Shown here: positions 56,100 through 64,000 of the stretch, piece by piece | Layout of the letters: each line of letters opens with the position of its first letter | How positions within the stretch are numbered: the first letter of the stretch is position 1 | Source of the DNA: Eledone cirrhosa | Lineage: Eukaryota | DNA length: 64,000 nt | Direction of reading: 5' to 3' | Assembly (NCBI GenBank): GCA_964016885.1 | Contig: OZ024743.1 | Location: 73,780,001-73,844,000, forward strand | Notes under the pieces: model-generated | The model's input: only the letters and a program-made list of their open reading frames with translations | Database searches by the model: none | What the model was told of the DNA's origin: nothing | Position numbers and translations under genes: made by a program

Positions 56100-56396
56100 C
56101 TGAATTACTAAAACAATTCAAGGCAATTTTGAAATTAGGCGTGCCATTGACCAGGCCAAACGGCCCACATGCTGCTCGTGGGCCACAGGTGCCCACGACT
56201 GGTATAAATAGAGGTAGAAACAGCAGCTGTAATCGACCGATTTATTAATTGACTGACCCCCTCTTAGTGGCCAGCATGACGGTTTCTTGTGAGACAGAGT
56301 CACTGGGGTGATGCTCTCATACAGACCTGTAGTATGTTGTAAACTTCAACGAAAGTAATGTTGTACTTCATATCAGCTAAAATTTCTGTTGACATA

Positions 56397-56397
<1 letters not shown>

Positions 56398-56427
<30 letters not shown>

Positions 56428-56905
56428 CTTCTTCTTCTTCTTCTTCTTCTTCTTCTTCTTCTTCTTCTTCTTCTTCTTCTTCTTCTTCTTCTTCTTCTTC
56501 TTCTTCTTCTTCTTCTTCTTCTTCTTCTTCTTCTTCTTCTTCTTTACCCACTTATTACTGAGGGGATCGTGGGGACAGAGTCCTCAAAAACTTCTTCCAG
56601 CAGGTCCTGTCAGAAGCAACTGTCTCCAAATGCTCCGGCTGGAACCCCAAGCAAGTATCTGCCAAGCTCATGGATGTTATCCAACCATCTTACTCGGGGT
56701 CTACCCTGAGTCTCCTGCCAGTTGGTTTTGGTTTTGCCCGTAAAATCTGCCCAGCGATTCATTCCTGAGAAATTCTAATCACATGCCATAGTATAGGAAC
56801 TGTGATCTCTCAATTTGGAGAAGTAGCGGCTCTACCCTGAGTCAATCTCTGATCTCCGAGCTACACACTCTATCGAGTAACGTTACTCCAAAACCCCTTG
56901 GGGGA
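56398..56905 (-). mobile_element. RTE 3' fragment with a long (GAA)n tail
   Basis: Same family as 11700-12121; (TTC)n at 56398-56544. Confidence 0.85.
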
Positions 56906-57421
56906 AAACACCACTATTGAGGTGTGGCGCCAGAAATGACTGACAATAACTTTCAAACAAAATTATCAAGCTATTGACTTTATCTCTCTTTCATCTCTTC
57001 GACTCCATTTTACCCACTTCAGTTGCATAAAATGTCTATGGGGCTCCACTCTGCTCACATTTGATCAAATTTGGTGTAACCCAGGCTTACCTTATGCCTC
57101 ATATAGCATTTACTTTGTATGATAGTAACTTAATTATAATTACCTTCTAAATATAAACACTCATACAAAGAGAAAACACTCTTTCCCTCCTATTCAACTT
57201 CAGTGCACATGCTACATCCAAACATAACTTTGATATATAATGATAGAATTAAAATTGTTGCTCCGACATAGCAGTATATATATATAGGTATGTGAATTAC
57301 GTATATCTAATACTATACGTTATGTTTAATAAATAAACATTTGGAAGCCTTCTAGCTATGAATATTGAAAGGCTGACGGCGAGCGCTGACTAGCGGATTC
57401 CAGCACAAGGAACGGGAGACA

Positions 57422-57464
57422 ACTGGCAATACATATTTCTGGCTCTGGCCATCATCAGGACAGT
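57422..57464 (-). ncRNA. Minimal hammerhead (canonical core, weak stem I) in a PLE-tail remnant
   Basis: ACTGTC-CTGATGA-TGGC caga GCCA-GAAA-TATG-TA-TTGCCAGT. The downstream AGGCTTCCAAA motif is shared with the PLE-E tail. Confidence 0.55.
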
Positions 57465-58717
57465 GCTTCCCCTGCTTTCTGCTGGAAATTGAAACAGGCG
57501 AAAATATATAGTTTTTTTTTTCCTATGTAGGTGGGCTGATTAGCATTATTTGCATATGGAGCAGTAGAAGCCGGCTCAGCTTGAAAGTAGAATTTAAATT
57601 TTCGCTCTGACATAGTTGTAAGTATGGGAATTTCGTATATCTAATGATATGTTGTTTTGTTTTATCCCGTAACTCCTGATTGAGTCGTAGGGGCACCATA
57701 TTGGCATACAGAGTTTCTTGGGCATTTTTAAAGCCTGGTGGAGCCCAATCCTCTTCAGGCCATATATATATATATGGTTGAACAAATGAACCCAAACTGA
57801 TACAGAATCTTATTAGAATCACGCTTAGGAGGAAGTGGGGGAAGGTTGGGCGTTTCGAAAATGGAGAGTTCAGATAAGGAGAGAACAGGTAGGTACATAA
57901 ACGTTTGGAAGATGTTGTTAAGAATGTTAGGTCTGGTAGATATATATATACTCCAATATACAGTATACACGAGCATAAACACCAACATAATCATACACAC
58001 ATTTAAATATTCCTGTTTAATGCGAGTTTCTGAGTCATCTCCCTTGCCACTTTTAAGATGAATTTTTTTCATTAATCCTTATGTTTGTTCGTATCGTCGA
58101 TATAATCTAAGATATTTTCACTCCACTACAATTAGCTTGATAGTTTGCAGTTGTATATCTATATAAAAATTCTGCTGATACGTGGATTTTACACACGGAG
58201 GTGAAAGGTTGCACGTCATATAGTGTTATTAGCCTTTTTAACAGAGGCATTAGTGTGGTATGAGAATACAGGTAATCAATCTCAAAATCGAAATAACATG
58301 ACAATAAGCTTACTTTCCCTTCTACATTAATCATGAAGAACATGAATATGCATTATATGCAAACAGCTTGTTGGAATTCAGCCACATAAAATAGAATAGA
58401 TTGAAAGTTTATTATTGTACATAATATTCCATAAATTTAATATAAATAAATAAATCCTGTTTTATATTTACTTTCTGTGATGGCTTAGGATATTTTTTTA
58501 TTTTATTCGCCAGTCGGTTTGAATCTCTAATATATGCTATGATCACAAAGAAATCTCATGCCATTTGTATGTTATAAATTATATTTTAAATACTTATTGC
58601 TGTAGAGATGTTGACCAACGGCTTAGCTGTTATTAATGGGTTGGATCTATTTTCTACTTGTACATAATATTAGTCAGAGCTAGAGAGAACTAGAGAGAGT
58701 GACTGAGAGAAAGAGGG

Positions 58718-58759
<42 letters not shown>

Positions 58760-59484
58760 CAGACAGATAGAAAGAGAAAGAGTGAGAGAGAGAGAGAACT
58801 AGAGATACAAAAGGTGAGAGAGAGATTGAAAGAGAGAGAAGGTAAGAGAGAGAGAGAGAGAGAAGGTAAGAGAAATAGAGAGAGAGATGGAAAGAAAGAG
58901 AGAGAGAGTGAGAGAGAGATACAAAAGGGGAGGGAGAGAGATTGAAAGAGAGAGAAGGAGAGAGAGAAAGAGAAATAAACAGAGAGAGTGAGAGAGAGAA
59001 AGGAAGAGAGAGAAAGACAGAGAAAGAAAGAGAGATAGAGTGAGAGATAGGAAGAAAGAGAAAGAAAGAATGAGAGAGAAAAAGAAAGAGAGAGAGAGAG
59101 AGAGAGATAGAACGGGGGGGGGGGAGAAACAGAGAGAAAGAGATAGAAAGAAAGAGGGAGAATATATTTTTGTAGATTTCAATATTTAGTTACTATGCTG
59201 TTGTTACAGACTTTATGTATGTTTTCCCTATGGATGTCCCCCCTGAGTAGTCATAGCTAGTGCCAACATAGACTAAAATTACAAATATTAATCAACTCAT
59301 TAGAAATATATTTCAAGAATACTTCAGCAAATGGCTTAATTCTGTGATATTGGAAATACTATTTATACATACGTTCCTCTCACTATGTCTCCTTTATACA
59401 TACATACATACATACATACATACATACATACATACATACATACATACATACATACATACATACATACATACATACATACATACA

Positions 59485-60091
59485 TGGAGGTTGCCAACTC
59501 GTTTTCGAGTACGGCCACTTATATCCATGTAGGAGAACCCCTACCGATGCGCTGAACGAGTGTCACGTTTTAGTCCAGCCAGCGACTTGAAAACTCTAGT
59601 ACAAACACTACACTTGTGACAATTATTGACACATAGTGCTGGGCCCATGGTACCATGTGACGACAAGTGCAGAGAGATCTCCAGATATAAAGCAATTCCT
59701 GTGCCGTGAAGCTTTTATAGTGAGCACAGGCACTGCACAAAGCCAGTCCCACTCTCTTAACCGAGATGATATTTACCAAAAAGAAGAACAAGTCAACATC
59801 ATTGGATACCATCAGGGTTGCAGGTGTTATATCAGAGTTTTCCTTCTCCTAGAATTCTGCCTTGACAAAGGCTAAGGGGTCATCTCTCCCCATGATTTTG
59901 GATGACCATTGACTCTTAAGAGCTCCTTTGCCCTTTGACAGGTTTTGTTTTTAGTCCTGCAGGATGTCCAAAGTCACCCTTGGGATGTCTCAAGAAACCT
60001 TGGTGGGGTTGCCAGTTTAGACGCCAACGACCCGACCATGAGACAGGTTGTACTGGCATACAAGATACCAGTAGCATCAACTGGTGACATA
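59485..60091 (-). mobile_element. Possible RTE-like 5' region inserted in (TACA)n
   Basis: Minus-strand TAAACTGGCAACCCCAC and TCTAGGAGAAGGAAAACTCTGA resemble RTE 5' UTRs; (TACA)n on both sides. Confidence 0.4.
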
Positions 60092-60176
60092 ACATACATA
60101 CATACATACATACATACATACATACATACATACATACATACATACATACATACATACATACATACATACGTACATA

Positions 60177-63100
60177 CAGTCAACGCGATCAGTCGCATAT
60201 TTTGGCGTGGGAGACTATTTATTAAATTTAAGATGAATACTATCTCCGACAATAATGCCACAACTACAGTCATGTTGAATAACTGGTTATTCTTCTAACT
60301 ATATCTTCTGAAGACACCTTTTATTCGAATTCGTAGAGATATCCGACTAAATACATAATTCATTTTACAAGGATTTGCTACAAACAGCATGGCTGAACAC
60401 AACATCAACAACAAAATTAAGGAAGTATCGAAGACAAACAATAAGAAAGGTAAAGAAAGTTTATTCAGTTGTAGCTACAGAAGAAACCGAAATTATAAAT
60501 CGCATTTCTCTTGGAGTTGCGAACTTAATAAGGATTTATTTAATTGTTATAAAATGGCAAAAAACAATCCCTCCATTGGCTATATCAACAGAATGAAGCT
60601 ACACTGGGACGAAAGACACCAAGAGCTAAATTATTTCACAGCGAAACAATTACGCCAACAAGCGACGTTTGTTGAACGTAAAAATAACATAAATAGTATT
60701 AATTGTAAGTCCCCCACAACAAACATGGGATCAACAACACGTGCTACAGGTCGCCATGCTACTAGACTTCCTATCAGCCAGGTCGAACAGCGCCTTGAAA
60801 CAACTATGCCTGTAAGAAACTTGACACCACCTCTACCATCTAAGTCTACCTCGAGCTGGGGAAAACACTATCGATAATAATAATAATCGAAGAAATAATA
60901 ATAATAATCGAAGAAATTTGACACCACGTGTACCATCCGAGTCTACCTCGACTGTTGTGGAAAATACTATCGATAATGACAATAATCAAAAGTATAAACA
61001 ATTGAAAGTTTCCCTCAACGAAATCTTCCAGAGAGAAATTAATTCATGTATAAATATCTCTCTTGCTGAACGTATTAAAACGACAATGTTTAATAAAAAA
61101 CCAAATAATGAAATATTACGTGTTATTGACGAAATAGGGGATGAATATTTACGACGGATAAAAACCCCAACATTTTGGCAAATCAACGCCTGTTGATATG
61201 CCTTAGCAACGACAGTGAAGCATTATCTTGGTGATAGCAGAGATATTAACAAGAACAAAACACCACCAAATATACCATCATATATAACTAAAATAGAAAA
61301 AAAGATTGCTAACCTACGAAAAACCATAGAATATGTGACAATGCCCCTTACATGCAAACAAACACACAAAAACCTCACTCCCCACCAACAAAGAGTGAAA
61401 AATAAAATAGAGATGATGCTTGGTAACAGTAGAACCAGAACTCTTCAATATAAGCTGATCACCCTCAAACAAGAATTGAGAGCTGTTATCGAAAAACGCC
61501 GACACCTGAAGAAGGTAGATGAGAGAAAAGTGCTTAATAAAAGATTCAGACGAAACCAAACATCAGTCTATAGAGATATAAAGAACAAAATAATAAGTGT
61601 CACTGAGGCCCCATCCCAGAAAGACATAGATTCCTTTTGGAGCAAAATATGGGGTGAAAAGAAGAATTTCAACCAAGATGCAGTGTGGTTAAGAGAAATC
61701 TGAAAGAACTATTGCTCCTACACTACAACAAAAACATACGAAATAAGTGAGGGTACCCTTGAGACTGTGATAGGAAAACTCCAAGATAAGAAAACACCAG
61801 GAAGAGACATGATTGTCGGCTACTGGTACAAAAAAACTGATATTCGTTCTTAAGGGAGATACACTTATACCAGAATGGTTGACATTAGCACAAACATTAC
61901 TGGTCCCCAAGAACAAAGACAACCACTTGGCAAAAAACTACCGACCCAATGCATGCCAGAACCTGATGTATAAGATGTATACAGCCTGCCTGAACCTATT
62001 CCTCCAAGATCACTGTGAAAATAATTGTTTCTACTTTAGGCACATGGCCAGCAATTACCCAGTGCATTACTGGTACTTTATTTTATCGACCCCGTAAGGA
62101 TGAAAGGCAAAGTCAACCTCGGCGGAATAACATCATCACAGATGGACAAGCAGCTGGAAAGAAAGGGGTTTGAGGATGTGCTGAACAACTCCTAATCAAC
62201 AAAACTGCGATGTCGGAGGTGCGACAACTTAGGAGGAATATGGCTACAGTTTGGCCGGACTACAGGACAGCTTTCGATTCTGTTCCCACTCTTGGAAGAT
62301 AGAGGCCCTCCAACTTGCTAAAGTCCCAGACATTATTGTCAGAGCCATAGAGAGGCTGTCTTCTTCTTGGGCTACTATCCTAAGGTTAAATACAGAGAGG
62401 GAGGACTCTATCACTGATAAAATAAAATATTGCAGGGGTATATTTCAGGGGGACAGTCTCTCTGTGATATTATTCATCTTGTCATTAAACCCCTTGTCCA
62501 TTCTGCTCAAGAAATGTGAGAGATACATCATTGGCTCACAGGAGGACAGAAATACGAACCCAACCCATAATTTCTTTGCGGACGATCTGAAACTATATGC
62601 CAAGAACATGGATGGGATGAAGAAAAATCTTGACCTGGTTACAACGTTCTCAAAGGATATAGGAATGGAGTTTGGCCAAGATAAATGCCCATACATGACT
62701 GTAAAGCGGGAAAAAACAACAACCCAATCTAGCAACAGTGTCATCAATGGCCTAACTGTTTCACCGATATCTGATGAGGACTGCTACAGATACCTGGGGA
62801 TAGATGAGAACATATTCTATAATGGTATCTGTAATAAAGAACGCGTAACCAGGGAATACTACACCCGATTTAGAAAGATCTGGTCACCGGAACTCTCTGC
62901 GCAAAACAAAATATTAGCTCACAATGTGTTTGCTGTGCCTATCCTAACACCAATGTTTGGAATACTCAATTGGACGATAGACGAAATCCGAGCAGTTGAT
63001 ATTGGAAGTCGAAAAATACTAAACAACACCGGAAACTTCCACATCAAGTGACATAGACCGCCTTTACTTGAAACGTAAGCAGAGAGGAAGAGGCCTAACA

Positions 63101-64000
63101 TCAGTCCAGACAACATTTGAATGTCGCATCATATCACTCCGACAACATCTACGAACCTCGAAGCGTAGGAGCCCGTTTCTCGAGCAAGTCTATCTGCATG
63201 AAACAGATAAAATCATGAGATGTGGAAAGGAACTCCTCGAGAGATATTTCCTGTGTGATAATCAAAAACTCACACCCAGGTTAGTGGTTCAGCAGTATCG
63301 CAGTGAATCCATGGATGAAAAACTGCATGCTTATCAGCAAAAAATCATGCATGGATATGTTGCCAGGAAGCTCCAGAGTGAGAGTAATATAGATAAGGAA
63401 AGTAGTCTATCTTGGACCAACAAACGCTATATTGGCTCCCACCTTGAAGGATACGCTTTTGCAATCCAAGAACAGGAGATTAACACGAAATTCCTGATGC
63501 ACAAAAGAGATAGGGATGCAGGCAAAACACCTAGATGTGAGAACAAGTGCAGACTCTGCAGAACTAACATCGAGGATATCACCCATGTCATCAGCAGCTG
63601 TCCAAAGATGTCATCGCGGTACTATCTACCTATGAGGTATGATGTAGTGGCCAAAACATTGTACAATGCAGTTCGTAAAAAAGATAGCGCCGATAATAAA
63701 CACATTAAAAGCTACAGCAATGTGGAAGACATCCATGTACATAATATGAACGAGTACTGGTGGAATGTTCCTGTAAAAACCCCAATAAAATGCAGGCATA
63801 ACAGACCAGATATTATGGTATGGAACAGGGATAAGAAAGCATGCACAGTAGTGGAAATTAGCTGCCCAGCAGATACCAATATAATATCAAAGATTAGCGA
63901 AAAGGAGAATATTTATGCAGAACTGATGAGAAATCTGCAGATACTCCACCCTGATTACACCTTCAGATTTATGCCTGCGATAATTGGGGCACTGGGGTAT
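60177..64000 (+). mobile_element. R4/Dong-like single-ORF LINE (RT + CCHC + REL endonuclease), near full length, running off the window, decayed
   Basis: N-terminal GYINRMKLHWD..AKQLRQQA; NYRPNAC; GIFQGDSLS; FADDLKLY; YRYLG; AIQEQEINT; CRLC...THVISSC; RHNRPDIMVW...VEISCP; IIGALG. Preceded by (TACA)n. Confidence 0.95.
62025..62125 (-). mobile_element. 5'-truncated CORE SINE inserted in the LINE RT
   Basis: AATAA duplicated at 62020-24 and 62126-30; removing the insert restores the frame HCENNIITDGQAAGKKG. Confidence 0.9.

Noticed and set aside
57755-58343. Possible host exons (short ORFs, AG|GTAGGT at 57888); similar candidates at 47246-47760 and 49069-49094
   Set aside because: No recognisable protein similarity or consistent exon chain; cannot be supported without RNA data.

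Overview
This is an AT-rich, microsatellite-saturated eukaryotic (metazoan) window with no recognisable host gene. The tRNA/CORE-type SINEs and simple-repeat load suggest a cephalopod, probably an octopus (inference). It is almost entirely transposon-derived. It holds at least five Penelope-like retroelements (PLEs; RT + C-terminal GIY-YIG), several as head-to-head inverted dimers inside (TA)n. It also holds a complete but decayed 6.9-kb Helitron, an internally deleted mariner, two R4/Dong-like REL-endonuclease LINEs, RTE and Tx1-like fragments, many SINEs and several minisatellites. The most interesting signal is non-coding: about ten hammerhead-ribozyme-like motifs read by eye, including U3-A8 core-swap variants. 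Two of them lie in a non-coding, retrozyme-like cassette (25166-26313): two ~305-bp direct repeats, each with a hammerhead, cleavage sites 841 nt apart, with a spliceosomal-type intron in between. Most long ORFs in the supplied track are microsatellite artefacts. All structures were read by eye; boundaries of decayed elements are approximate.
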